Positions 19,999 to 30,081 are shown, numbered from the stretch's first letter. The stretch: 64,000 nucleotides of DNA from Myxococcales bacterium (GCA_031431215.1 JANPCZ010000037.1:6355-70354), one strand, 5' to 3'. The notes: generated by a model not told the origin, from the letters alone. Numbers and translations: made by a program.

Positions 19999-21015
19999 AT
20001 GGGAACGCATGGCTTGTCATCTGTGCTTCGCTCGTCGCTGGCGCTGGCGGCGGTGCTGGCCGTGGCGCCGCCCGCGGGCGCCGAACCGCAGGTATTCAAG
20101 ATAGCGACGCTGGCGCCGGAGGGATCGTCATGGATGAAGATCTTCCACGACTGGAGCGACGCCATCGCCAAGAAGACCGGTGGCCAGATCAAGACCAGGT
20201 ACTACGCCGGCGGGGTCATGGGTGACGAACGCGACGTGGTTCGCAAGATGCGGCTCGGCCAGATCAACGGCGCCGCCCTCACCGCGGTGGGTCTGGGCCT
20301 GATCCACCCTGACGTGAGGGTGCTCGAACTGCCGTTCTTGTTCAAGGACGAGAGCGAACTCGACCACGTGCGCGCCACCCTGGACAGCGACTTCCGCAAG
20401 GGCTTCTTCGACAAGGGCTACCAGCTGCTGTCATGGGGTGACGTCGGTCCGGTCCGGCTCTACACCAACCTGCCGCTTCGATCGAAGGCTGACCTGCAGA
20501 AGGTCAAGATGTGGACCTGGGTGGACGATCCGCTGATGGGCAAGCTGTTGAGCAAGCTGGGCGCAACCTGCGTGCCGCTGGGCGTGCCCGACGTGCTGCC
20601 GGGTTTACAAACGGGTCTCATCAATGCGTGCAATGGCTCACCGCTGGCGGCGGTGGCTTTGCAGTGGCACTCGAAGATCAAGTTCGCCACCAGCATGGAG
20701 CTGTCGCAATCCATAGGTGCGGTGGTGTTGACTCGCAAGCAATGGGACGCGCTGTCGCCCGAGCAGCGGACCGTGGTCACCGACGAGTCGAAGGTCCTGG
20801 CCGAACAGCTCACGCGACTCGTGCGCCAGGACAACAAGACCGCGCTCGACCGGATGAAGGCGCAGGGCATCCAGGTGATCGCGACGCCCGATGAATTTGT
20901 CAGGGAGATACGGGCGGCGGGGCTCGCCGTGAGCAAGGAGTTCGACGGGCAGCTCTACGCGCGCGAATTCCGCGAGCGGGTCGAGAAAACCCTGGCCGAC
21001 AAGCGGGGCAAGTGA
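19999..21015 (+). CDS. dctP: TRAP transporter substrate-binding protein DctP
   Basis: GGAGG SD 9 nt upstream of ATG 19999. Signal peptide and DctP-like periplasmic-binding-protein motifs. The ORF track starts at 19966. Confidence 0.8.
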   Translation: MGTHGLSSVLRSSLALAAVLAVAPPAGAEPQVFKIATLAPEGSSWMKIFHDWSDAIAKKTGGQIKTRYYAGGVMGDERDVVRKMRLGQINGAALTAVGLGLIHPDVRVLELPFLFKDESELDHVRATLDSDFRKGFFDKGYQLLSWGDVGPVRLYTNLPLRSKADLQKVKMWTWVDDPLMGKLLSKLGATCVPLGVPDVLPGLQTGLINACNGSPLAAVALQWHSKIKFATSMELSQSIGAVVLTRKQWDALSPEQRTVVTDESKVLAEQLTRLVRQDNKTALDRMKAQGIQVIATPDEFVREIRAAGLAVSKEFDGQLYAREFRERVEKTLADKRGK

Positions 21016-21647
21016 TCGCGACGCCGGAGGGCGACGCGGCCCTGCCCGGGCACCACGCCCCGAAAGATTTCCCGGCACCGGTGCGGGCGCTGGCGGCGCT
21101 GTCACGGGCGCTGGCGGTGACCGAAGGCGTGGGCACGGGCCTGTGCCTGCTGGCGCTGATAGCGCTGGCGGTGTTCCAGTTCATGGCGCGCAACCTGCGC
21201 CTGCACGGCCAGTTGTGGATGCCGGCGCCGCCCGATTGGACCGATGGGGTGATACGTCACGCTGTGTTCGTGCTGGGCTTCCTGGGGGCCGCCTACGCCA
21301 CGTACAGCAACCGGCACTTCCGCATCGACGCGCTCACGCGGATCATGCGTCCAAGGTTGCAGCTCGGCGTCCGCGTGGTGGCCACCGCCTGCGCCCTGGT
21401 CGTATGCACCGTCGTGGTGCGGGCCGGTTTCGCTTTCTGGCGCGTGTGCCAGCAAGAGGCCGGCGAGGCCGCGCAGCAGAGCGAGCTGTTTTCCTCGGCG
21501 CGCGGCGCCGTGGTCATCATCGCCGGCGTCGCGCTGGTGGGCTTTCATCTGTTCGTGCAGCTGGTGCTCGACGCCGTGTACCTGGTGACCGGCCGCTTGC
21601 CGCCCACGGCGGTCTTGGCAGAAGCCCGGCACGAATCCGCACCCTGA
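21012..21647 (+). CDS. dctQ: TRAP transporter small permease DctQ
   Basis: Four TM segments, ATGA overlap with the dctP stop, directly precedes dctM. Confidence 0.6.
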   Translation: MIATPEGDAALPGHHAPKDFPAPVRALAALSRALAVTEGVGTGLCLLALIALAVFQFMARNLRLHGQLWMPAPPDWTDGVIRHAVFVLGFLGAAYATYSNRHFRIDALTRIMRPRLQLGVRVVATACALVVCTVVVRAGFAFWRVCQQEAGEAAQQSELFSSARGAVVIIAGVALVGFHLFVQLVLDAVYLVTGRLPPTAVLAEARHESAP

Positions 21648-21649
21648 CC

Positions 21650-22954
21650 ATGTTGCCGGCGGTGTTGCTCGTGGTCGTGCTGGCGCTCGCGGGCATGCCG
21701 CTGTTCGCGGTGCTGTCAGCGATCGGGCTTTTTGGTTTGCACCACGGCGACTCGCCGTTATCGGGCGGCGTCGCGGACATCTACCGTCTGGCCGGGCCCG
21801 AGGCGGTCAGTCTCTCGACCATCCCGTTGTTCACCTTCGCCGGCTACCTGATGGCCAAGGCGCGCACCGCCGAGCGCCTCATTCGCATGGCCCAGGCTCT
21901 GCTCGGCTGGGTGCCGGGCGGGTTGGCGGTGATGACGGTGTTGACGTGCGCGTTCTTCACCACGTTCACCGGCGCCTCGGGAGTGACCATCGTGGCCGTC
22001 GGTGGGTTGCTGTTGCCGGCGCTCGAGAAGGCCGGCCACGGCCGCCGCTTCAGCCTCGAATGCGTGACCGGGTCGGGTGCCGTCGGCCTGCTGTTTCCAC
22101 CGTCGCTCCCGCTCATTGTCTACGGCATCGTCTTCGGGCTCACCTACGGTAATTACGCCAAGGGCGGCGCCCCGCTGCCAGAGTTCTCGATCGAACGTTT
22201 CCTGTTCGCCGGCATCGTCCCCGGGCTGGTGCTGCTGGCTTTGCTGATCGGCTACTGCATCGTCGCGGGCGCGCGTGCAGGTGTGCCGCGCACACCGCCC
22301 GATCTGCGGGCGTTTGTCCGCGCGGCGTGGGTGGCCAAGTGGGAACTGCCGATCCCGTTCGCCATCATCGCGGGGCTGGGCTTGGGTTTCGCCACCATCC
22401 CCGAGTCGGCAGCGCTGACGGCGCTGTACATCTTCGTTGTCGAAGTTTTCATCTACAAGGATATCGATCTGCGCCGCGATCCGCTCGCCATCGCCCGCGA
22501 GTCAATGACCCTGGTCGGCGCCATCTTCCTCAAGATCGCAGGGGCCACGCTGCTGACCGCCTACTTCATCGACAGCGGCGTACCGCAGGCGTTGTTCGAA
22601 TGGCTCGGGCAATACGTGCACTCGGCGGCGGGCTTCCTGCTGGTGCTGAATCTGACGTTGTTGCTGGTCGGCAGCCTGATGGACATTTTTTCGGCGATTG
22701 TCGTCGTGGTGCCGCTGGTGGTGCCGGCCGCCGCCGCGTTCCACATCGATCCCTACCACCTGGGCGTGGTCTTCTTGCTCAACCTGGAAATCGGGTACTT
22801 GCTGCCGCCGGCGGGGCTGAACCTGTTCATCGCGGCCTTTCGCTTCGATCGCCCGGTAACCGAGGTGTACCGTGCGGTGGTGCCGTTCATCCTGTTGATG
22901 GCGGTGGCGTTGGCGCTGGTCACCTGGCTGCCGGGACTGACCGTGCTGTTCTAG
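21650..22954 (+). CDS. dctM: TRAP transporter large permease DctM
   Basis: 434-aa polytopic membrane protein starting MLPAVLLVVVLALAGMPLFAV, 2 nt after the dctQ stop. The ORF track's upstream start at 21143 overlaps dctQ. Confidence 0.8.
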   Translation: MLPAVLLVVVLALAGMPLFAVLSAIGLFGLHHGDSPLSGGVADIYRLAGPEAVSLSTIPLFTFAGYLMAKARTAERLIRMAQALLGWVPGGLAVMTVLTCAFFTTFTGASGVTIVAVGGLLLPALEKAGHGRRFSLECVTGSGAVGLLFPPSLPLIVYGIVFGLTYGNYAKGGAPLPEFSIERFLFAGIVPGLVLLALLIGYCIVAGARAGVPRTPPDLRAFVRAAWVAKWELPIPFAIIAGLGLGFATIPESAALTALYIFVVEVFIYKDIDLRRDPLAIARESMTLVGAIFLKIAGATLLTAYFIDSGVPQALFEWLGQYVHSAAGFLLVLNLTLLLVGSLMDIFSAIVVVVPLVVPAAAAFHIDPYHLGVVFLLNLEIGYLLPPAGLNLFIAAFRFDRPVTEVYRAVVPFILLMAVALALVTWLPGLTVLF

Positions 22955-22972
22955 AACGATCCAGAACCCCCG

Positions 22973-23626
22973 CTACGATCGCGGCGCGGTCGGGGCGCGC
23001 GGCATCGGCACCGCGCGGCTGTCCGCGGGAATGGCGCCACGCTGCGCTGGCTGCATCCATGGGTCGGGCGCCGGACCGAAGCCGGTAAGCAGGCTTTGCA
23101 CCAGAGCGTCCGCTGCTTGCTGCCGATCGCAGATCGCCCCGGATGCAACCGGCCGTCGCACGATCACCGCCACCAATGAGCCATCAGCCTGGGTGGCTGC
23201 CACGGTGGTGCTCCAGTGGTCGGCCGCCATCAGGTCGAACGCGGCGGCCTGGTTGCCGAGCAAAGTGAATGCGCGCCCGGCCCCGTTGCAGGCCGCGACG
23301 TGTGCTTCACCCGATGGCAGGGAGAGATCGGCCTCGCTGGCCAGGCGTCGCAGCGCCTCGGCAGGCGCGTCCGCGATTGGCTGGCGCGCGTGCCACGCGC
23401 ACACGTGAACCTCCGGATCGTCGCCACCTCGGCGAAACAGGTAGCACTCGCCGGCGGGGCGCGCTTCAGCCGACATGGTCCACGCGCGATCGAACACCGC
23501 CAAAAAGTGATCGGTACCAAACCGGACCTGGCCAGACGAGGCGCAGGCCGGGCTCACGACTGCGGCCACGGCAAGCGCCAAGGCGAGCCGGCCAGTCGGG
23601 ATGCGGAGGGGCTTCCGCGAATCCAT
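22973..23626 (-). CDS. Hypothetical lipoprotein
   Basis: MDSRKPLRIPTGRLALALAVAAVVSPAC lipobox. The upstream extension in the ORF track is probably not translated. Confidence 0.4.
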   Translation of the reverse strand: MDSRKPLRIPTGRLALALAVAAVVSPACASSGQVRFGTDHFLAVFDRAWTMSAEARPAGECYLFRRGGDDPEVHVCAWHARQPIADAPAEALRRLASEADLSLPSGEAHVAACNGAGRAFTLLGNQAAAFDLMAADHWSTTVAATQADGSLVAVIVRRPVASGAICDRQQAADALVQSLLTGFGPAPDPWMQPAQRGAIPADSRAVPMPRAPTAPRS

Positions 23627-23732
23627 GGTCTCAATGAGTATGGTGGAGCCTCCGACGCTGCGCCCGAGGTTTCTCGGTGGGCGTGCTACCCTGGCGCTTC
23701 CCACATGTAGGACCGGACGGGAGGAAGCGCCG

Positions 23733-25805
23733 ATGTCCGAAGTATCCGAAACCTCCGATACACCCGCGCGGCCCATGAGCGTCCCTGAAGGGGCCATTTG
23801 GGATTCCGACCGGTCCTGCTGGGAGCTGGCCGAGTTGAACGGCGGTCAGAAGCACGGCGAGAGCCGGCAATGGCGCCCTGATGGCACGCTGTATATGCGT
23901 GCCCGGTTCGAGGCTGGCCTGCAATCCGGACCATTCGCCATCTTCCATCCCAACGGCCAGACTGCTCGCGAGGGCCGCTTCGAGGCCGGCGAGATCGAGG
24001 GCGCCGTCATCGCGTACGCTTCCGACGCTGGTACGCCCGAGAACCTGCGTTCGTGCTGCGTCCCGCCCAACGCGTGGCAGATGCGCGCGCGGTACGAGGC
24101 CGGCAATCTGCGAGGTGAGGTTTTCTTCGATCGCGAGGGCCGGCAGTTGCTATCCGATGGCACCCTGCGGCCGGCGCGGCCCGCCAGCGTTCCCGACGGT
24201 GCCGAATTCGAGGACTGGACGCGGCGCTGGGCGCACGGGACCTACGACCGTGCATCCGGGCAGTTTGTTGGCACCTGGCGCTACTACCGCGAGGACGGCA
24301 GCCTCGACGAGGAGAACGAGTACGAGGACGGCAAGAAAGTGGCGGTGCGCCACTTTTATGACGGTGGGCAGGTGCGCGAGGAGATGCATCTGGTCAGCGA
24401 CGGTATCAAGCACGGACCCTACCGCCGCCGCTTCATCGCCGCTGGTGACAGCCCGTATGCCGATCCCCGCGTCCATGAGGAACGCGGGCGGTTCTTCCAT
24501 GGACAGCTGGTTGGCGCGTGGCAGTTCCTGGATGGGGATGGTCAGGTGTTGCGCACGCTCGAACGCGGCTCCGCGTATCGCGCCGAGGACGCGGGGACGT
24601 GGGCCGCCGACGTGCTTGCAGATCAGGACCGCGACGCTGCGACCTGGACCGGCCTGGCCGAGTCCCTGCGCGCGGAGGGTCGCACGCGCGAGGCCCTATG
24701 TGCGGCGGCGCGCGCGGCGGGCAGGTCAGGTGACACGGCGACGCTGCGCGAGTTCGCCGCCATGTGCACCATCGAGCTTGCGCCGGAAGCCGGGGCGCGC
24801 CTGCTGGCGTCGCTTGGCGAGTCCACTGACGAGACGCCGGCTGCGGCGCTGGACGCTCTCGTGGGTGGCGCCGAACTGGCGGCGGTGCTGCGGATGCTGG
24901 CGTCGCTTATCAAGGGCGCGGTGCGGCCTGCTCGCGATCTGGTCGAGGCCGCGATCGCGCTGGCGCCCGAGCGGTCGATGACCTACCTGACACGAGCGCT
25001 GGTGCGCATCGAATTTGGCGATCCCGAGGGTGCGCGAGCCGACGCCGAGCGCGTCGCCGGAGAGTCCGAGGACACCGCACAGTTCCTGCGCGACTACGTG
25101 CGCTTGCTGTTTCCCGAGTGGACTTTCTGGCCGGGGCGCGAGACACCGGAGTCGGCCCTGGACAACCTGCCCGATACGCCCGCCCAGCCGTTGCCGTCGC
25201 TGCTGCACGCGATCGCGCTCTACGCCACGCGGCTGAACCAGATCCGCGCCGCGGTCGAGCAACTCTTGCCAAGGGCGCCCAACCCGCGCCCGCACTGGCT
25301 GCCGCCCGATCTGTCCGCCTTGTTGCCCGAAGGGCCGGTCGCGCTAGAGAGCTACACCGCCACCATCATGGACGAGACCGACGCCGGTCCCGAGAACACT
25401 GAAGTCACCATCGACGAGACTGTGGCGGTGGCGGGCGCCGGCTTGCCGGCGCTGATGCGTGCGGCGCGGGCCAACTGGACCGCGCTTTCATGGCTGTGCT
25501 GGACCGCCGGCCTCGAACGGGTGGCGCTGCCCGACACGCTGTCGCCTCCGATGGAATTTCCGCTCGCGGCTGGTATGTCCATCTCTCGTTGCTGGCGGGC
25601 CCAGGATGCCCTGGCGACTGGCGGCCTGCGCTCGATGACTGCGGGCGTACCGGGATTCGTGTGGGAGGGCCTCGACATCGAGACCATGCCGAAACACCTG
25701 GCCCAGATGGCGGCCGAGGAATACCTGGAGATGCGCTCGGTGTTCCTGTGGCTGACGTCAGCCGACAATGTGTCGCCGTTCCAGAGCGATCTGCGCCAGG
25801 CCTGA
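23733..25805 (+). CDS. MORN/YwqK-like repeat protein with a C-terminal TPR-like helical domain
   Basis: GGAGGA SD before ATG 23733. Repeated G-x-HG-x-W/Y-x-DG-x-L motifs through the N-terminal half, helical/TPR-like C-terminal half. Confidence 0.5.
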   Translation: MSEVSETSDTPARPMSVPEGAIWDSDRSCWELAELNGGQKHGESRQWRPDGTLYMRARFEAGLQSGPFAIFHPNGQTAREGRFEAGEIEGAVIAYASDAGTPENLRSCCVPPNAWQMRARYEAGNLRGEVFFDREGRQLLSDGTLRPARPASVPDGAEFEDWTRRWAHGTYDRASGQFVGTWRYYREDGSLDEENEYEDGKKVAVRHFYDGGQVREEMHLVSDGIKHGPYRRRFIAAGDSPYADPRVHEERGRFFHGQLVGAWQFLDGDGQVLRTLERGSAYRAEDAGTWAADVLADQDRDAATWTGLAESLRAEGRTREALCAAARAAGRSGDTATLREFAAMCTIELAPEAGARLLASLGESTDETPAAALDALVGGAELAAVLRMLASLIKGAVRPARDLVEAAIALAPERSMTYLTRALVRIEFGDPEGARADAERVAGESEDTAQFLRDYVRLLFPEWTFWPGRETPESALDNLPDTPAQPLPSLLHAIALYATRLNQIRAAVEQLLPRAPNPRPHWLPPDLSALLPEGPVALESYTATIMDETDAGPENTEVTIDETVAVAGAGLPALMRAARANWTALSWLCWTAGLERVALPDTLSPPMEFPLAAGMSISRCWRAQDALATGGLRSMTAGVPGFVWEGLDIETMPKHLAQMAAEEYLEMRSVFLWLTSADNVSPFQSDLRQA

Positions 25806-25897
25806 CGGGCCGCGAGACCGACCCCGGAACAGGCAAAAACTTGGCAGTCGGGCCCTAACCGGCGTTCAATTGGGGGCCAAAGAGGAGGACCTGTCCC

Positions 25898-26560
25898 ATG
25901 AAACGTATCGCCCTTCTGAGCCCCATCCTGATGTTGTTCTCCGTGTCGCAGGCGCATGGCCAGGGCGATCCGCTCGCGCCGGTGGCACCCATGCCGACGT
26001 CGTCCGCGCCGATGGCCGGCCCGAGTTCCGGCGGTGACGGTCACCGGCCCATGCCGACCAGCCTGGGGCTTGGTTTCGGCTGGGGGTTTCCCGGCGGCAA
26101 CGTGTGGCAGCCGAACAGCGCCAGCGCGCGCATCGTGCTGTCCGACAGCCTGATCCTCGAGCCACGATTGAACCTGCGCTACGATCGTCAGTCGGTCGAC
26201 AACAGCGCGGGGGTCACCCAGAGCAACAGCGTGCTCACCACCGGCGTCGACGTGGGTGTGCGCTGGCTACTGATGAGCCGCGGGCCTATCGATCTGGCTA
26301 TCCTGGCCGGCGCGGGTCTGTCGAACACGGTGGTGAATGCCGCCACCGATACAAATAGCCAACACTTCGGCATCAACTGGGGCGTCGGCCTGGCCTGGTA
26401 TCTCTACAAGAACTGGTCGATGTCGCTTGACCTGATGAACCCGCTGTTCAGTCTCGATCGCACCTCGATGGATGGCGGCAACACGACCAGCAAGATCGTC
26501 GCCGGCGCCATCTTCCAGGCACCGCCGAATGTGCTCGTGATGATGCACCTGTTCTTCTAG
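25898..26560 (+). CDS. Putative outer-membrane beta-barrel protein
   Basis: Strong SD AGGAGGA. Signal peptide MKRIALLSPILMLFSVSQAHG. Alternating amphipathic strands. C-terminal aromatic residue (..HLFF). Confidence 0.4.
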   Translation: MKRIALLSPILMLFSVSQAHGQGDPLAPVAPMPTSSAPMAGPSSGGDGHRPMPTSLGLGFGWGFPGGNVWQPNSASARIVLSDSLILEPRLNLRYDRQSVDNSAGVTQSNSVLTTGVDVGVRWLLMSRGPIDLAILAGAGLSNTVVNAATDTNSQHFGINWGVGLAWYLYKNWSMSLDLMNPLFSLDRTSMDGGNTTSKIVAGAIFQAPPNVLVMMHLFF

Positions 26561-26571
26561 GCGCGCCTTCG

Positions 26572-27534
26572 TCAGTTGCACACGGTGCGACAGCGGGCGC
26601 TGTTGCAGTCGAGGAAGCTGTTGAGCGGCGCCACGCCGGTCGGAAACCGGTTGGTGCAGGCGACGCTGCACGCGCTGTCGGTGGCCGGGCACTTGGCCAG
26701 GCAGTCGAGCAGCGCCGGGCACGTCGTCGAACCGGTGCAGGCGCTGAACTGCGCGCAGCAATTCTGATCCAAGCAGGCGCGGCACGGGGAAGCGTTGGCC
26801 GGGCTGACACAGCTCATCGGGGCGGGCCCGGCGTCCACGACGGGCGCGCCACCGGCGCCGCCGGCGCCTGAACTGGAGCAGGCCGCTCGGCATGACGTGC
26901 TGGAACAGTCCAGGAAGTTATTGAGCGGCGTGACGCCGGCGGGAAGGCGGCCGGCGCAGGCGTTGGCGCAGGCATTGTCGTTGCTAGCGCACTTCGAAAC
27001 GCAATCGAGCAACGCCGGGCACGCAGGGGTGTTGTTGCACGTTGTGAATTGGGCACAGCAGTTCTGATTAAAGCAGCTGGTGCAGGTCGATGCGTTGGGC
27101 GCACTCACGCACATGGCTGGTGGGCCCGAACCGCCAACGCCGCCCGTGGCGGTGGCGCCGCCCGCGCCGCCGCTGCCGGGACTGCCAGCGCCGCCGGCCG
27201 CACTGCCGCCGCTGCCGGGACTGCCGCCGCCGCCCGTGCTACCGGCGCCGCCCGGCAGCACGCCCGATCCGATGGCGGGTAGGCTACCGCGGAGGAGTCC
27301 GCCACCGATGCTGCCACCACCGGCGGCTCCGCCCATCATCTGCGCCATGCCGGCGGCCACGCGCACGCACTTGCCAGCCATGCACAGGAGGCCGGTGTCG
27401 CAGCTGCCGCCGCCGGTGCACGAGCAGCTCTCGCCACCGACCGCGCACGGCGAGGCACCGCCCGAGTCACAGCTGGCGAGGCCAGCAAAACCAGCGCCGA
27501 GTAGCACCACGATCACGAATGCTTGCTTCAACAT
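26572..27534 (-). CDS. Cys-rich tandem-repeat lipoprotein (myxobacterial type) with a Gly-rich linker
   Basis: Lipobox GLASC. Two ~80-aa repeats with the conserved pattern C..P.NAS.C..C..QNCCAQF..C....CPALLDC..KC...D.AC..AC..R.P.GV.PLN.FLDC.S..C. The mirrored + strand ORFs 26576..26767 and 26795..27067 show the DNA-level repeat. Confidence 0.55.
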   Translation of the reverse strand: MLKQAFVIVVLLGAGFAGLASCDSGGASPCAVGGESCSCTGGGSCDTGLLCMAGKCVRVAAGMAQMMGGAAGGGSIGGGLLRGSLPAIGSGVLPGGAGSTGGGGSPGSGGSAAGGAGSPGSGGAGGATATGGVGGSGPPAMCVSAPNASTCTSCFNQNCCAQFTTCNNTPACPALLDCVSKCASNDNACANACAGRLPAGVTPLNNFLDCSSTSCRAACSSSGAGGAGGAPVVDAGPAPMSCVSPANASPCRACLDQNCCAQFSACTGSTTCPALLDCLAKCPATDSACSVACTNRFPTGVAPLNSFLDCNSARCRTVCN

Positions 27535-27547
27535 GGTCGGACCTCCT

Positions 27548-28810
27548 CTAGGCTTTGCGGACGCGGTACAGATACTCGCCGGCCCTGGGCACGCACAAGA
27601 TACCCTCGCTCTCGCGGTTAGCGAAGGCGGCCGGATCGATGGACGCGGGATCGCGGTAGTTCAGGTTCACGGCGCGCACCTCGGCCTCGGGCAGGCCGGT
27701 CGCCAACGTCACCTCGATGCGTGGCCGCTCGACGCCGCCGACGAAGCTGCCCGAGCCCTTGAGGTGCGTCGAGTGCGCGAGGATGCCGCCCGGCACGTGC
27801 TTGAACTTGTCCCACTGCGCGAGGAAGTAATCGCGCACGTGGTAGCCGATTTCCTTGATCAGCTTGCCGTGGGTGACCGAGATCTCCTTGATGTGAGGGG
27901 CGTAGATGATGACCTCGCCGCCATCGGCGATTGCGGGCTCGGTCTTGTACATACCCTTCGAGCCGACCCAGATCTCGTCGTACATCGCGGGCATCACCGC
28001 CAGCACCTGATGGTACGGGCGGTCCTTCCAGATGATGTGTCGCTGCGACGACAGATCGGCGGCGGCGGCCCACGCGTCCTCGGGCCTGCCGACGAACAAG
28101 CCTGCGACGCCTTCGTGTGTGACGACGGATGCCAGCTTCCAGCGCGGGCGCGGGATCATGCTGGCCGCGCGATCGATGCAGCGCCTGACAGGAGTGTCCT
28201 TGGTGCCGATGACGTCGTAGGACGTGATCAGCGCCGACAGCCAGTGGGTGAAGTTGATGATGTCGGGCCCGGCGATGCCGGGGAAGAAGTACTTGTTGCC
28301 GCCCGAGAAGCCCACCACCTCGTGCGGAAACACCGGCCCGCACACCACGAGGTGGTCGTACTCGAGCACCAGGCGGTTCAGGCGTACCGGCACTTCTTGC
28401 CTGAGGCGGCCGCCCGACAGCATCGCGATCTCGTCGGCAGGGATGGTGCCCAGCAGGGTCAGCGCCGCCGGGTTGTCCCACGCGTGGTTGAGCAGGCGCA
28501 CGCGGGCGTAGGTCGTGTCTTTCTCGGCGCGGGTGATGCCGACGTGGGCCAGCATTGCTTCGTCGGACAAAGGCTGGTGGGTGCCCAGCGCGACCAGGAA
28601 ATCGACGGCGGCGACGCGCGGCCCGAGGTGTTTGGTGATGAGGCGAAAAAAAAGCGGCGTCGGGAAAGTGCGCGTGCCGTCGGGGATGAGAATGAGGACG
28701 CGCTGCTTGTCGAGCGGCAGGGCGGCGAGGCCCTGCGAGAGGATGTCTTCAATGTCGGCCTCGCCAAGAGCGCCGGCCGCGACGCCACGACCGATCACGG
28801 TGCCTTGCAT
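27548..28810 (-). CDS. LarA-like (lactate racemase N-terminal domain, DUF2088) family protein
   Basis: LILIPDGTRTFP and VALGTHQPLSDEAM resemble the LarA N-domain and its nickel-pincer-binding region. No larB/C/E nearby. Confidence 0.45.
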   Translation of the reverse strand: MQGTVIGRGVAAGALGEADIEDILSQGLAALPLDKQRVLILIPDGTRTFPTPLFFRLITKHLGPRVAAVDFLVALGTHQPLSDEAMLAHVGITRAEKDTTYARVRLLNHAWDNPAALTLLGTIPADEIAMLSGGRLRQEVPVRLNRLVLEYDHLVVCGPVFPHEVVGFSGGNKYFFPGIAGPDIINFTHWLSALITSYDVIGTKDTPVRRCIDRAASMIPRPRWKLASVVTHEGVAGLFVGRPEDAWAAAADLSSQRHIIWKDRPYHQVLAVMPAMYDEIWVGSKGMYKTEPAIADGGEVIIYAPHIKEISVTHGKLIKEIGYHVRDYFLAQWDKFKHVPGGILAHSTHLKGSGSFVGGVERPRIEVTLATGLPEAEVRAVNLNYRDPASIDPAAFANRESEGILCVPRAGEYLYRVRKA

Positions 28811-28947
28811 GGCGGCGATTGTACAACGAGCGGCGGGGGCGCCGGGTTAGGCGCGATCCTGCTCGGTTCGTGGCGAGGGCCTGGTCGGGTGCGACTCTCT
28901 AGGGGCGGGACGACTTCGGGAACGAACCGGGCGCCGCGAACGGCCAA

Positions 28948-29775
28948 CTACCACCTCGGAAGAAACTCGCCGGAATCCAACTGACCTCGAAACGAGATGA
29001 GCCACCGTCCGCGGCTCTTCCAGACCAAATCGATCGCATCCACCGGAATGGTGAATGACATCGTGTCTCCCGACGCCCCCCTTTCAGAAACCGTGACGCT
29101 TCCACCAAGGGGATCGATGGAGTCCAGCGAGACATGTCGCGGCTTCGACATCCGAGGCTGGTCGCCGCGTCGCTCCACCAGGTCAACCTTGGACCTTTCG
29201 TCCGCCGGGATCGCATCGAGGAGGATGATCTTGCGCCTCAGGTCGGGAATCGTCAGCATTGGAATCTGCTCCGGTCGAAGCCACTTTGTCTGGGATGCGA
29301 CCCGCAGCGGAAACGAAAAAGTCGGAACACCGCCCTTGCCCCACAACACCCCAACTACGGCCCCTGGGAACGGAAGCACGTTCACGGCGACGACGCTACC
29401 CGAACCGTCCGTCAGAGGAATCGGGACGACATCGACGATCGGAACCGGGGAACAGTGATCCCGAACGGCCATCTCGTAGGTGTCCTTGATCCGCGGAACC
29501 TCTGCGCGCGGCACCGCCTTGTACAGACTGAGCGTTCCACGGACCTCACACCCACCAACAAGGATGACGCCACCGCTCGCGTTGGCGAAAGCCGCGACAT
29601 CCTTGGCCATCTCGCGAGCGTCATAGCCCCCATCCTGTGTCCGCGGAACATCAGCTTTCAGATCCATGGTCGAAAGCTCGAAGGCAGCATGCGGGCCGAT
29701 GGTCGGGGTGATGGAACCATTTGCTGAGAATCCGGCGACCTTCGTCGGTGATGGAGAACCGAAACGGCACCGCAA
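28948..29775 (-). CDS. AlbA_2 (Schlafen-like / divergent AAA) putative DNA-binding domain protein
   Basis: MAKDVAAFANASGGVILVGG matches the AlbA_2 core motif. C-terminal ~150 aa unassigned. Possible internal start at MDLKADVP (29667). Lower local GC. Confidence 0.4.
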   Translation of the reverse strand: MRCRFGSPSPTKVAGFSANGSITPTIGPHAAFELSTMDLKADVPRTQDGGYDAREMAKDVAAFANASGGVILVGGCEVRGTLSLYKAVPRAEVPRIKDTYEMAVRDHCSPVPIVDVVPIPLTDGSGSVVAVNVLPFPGAVVGVLWGKGGVPTFSFPLRVASQTKWLRPEQIPMLTIPDLRRKIILLDAIPADERSKVDLVERRGDQPRMSKPRHVSLDSIDPLGGSVTVSERGASGDTMSFTIPVDAIDLVWKSRGRWLISFRGQLDSGEFLPRW

Positions 29776-30081
29776 TCACACCCTGGCAGGTTCGGCGTGT
29801 GAGGTCATTCAAGATCCTTCCCCTTGGCCCGACCGGGACACGAGGTGCGGAGCTCCGGTCAGGCGCTCCCAGCCGCGGTACTGGTCGATGCCGGCCGATG
29901 GTGGTGCGGCCCCCGAAGGGGCTGCCCGGAGCAGCGAGATCGTCAGCGCACCAAAGACGAAGCCGACAAACAAGAAAGCAAGCGGACTCTTTCGCACGAG
30001 ACTCTCCTTCGCTCCTCTGCCGGAGATCACAAAGCAACAGGCGCCGGTCACTCTTTGAGCCTCCGGCCCGGCGCCTTGCTG

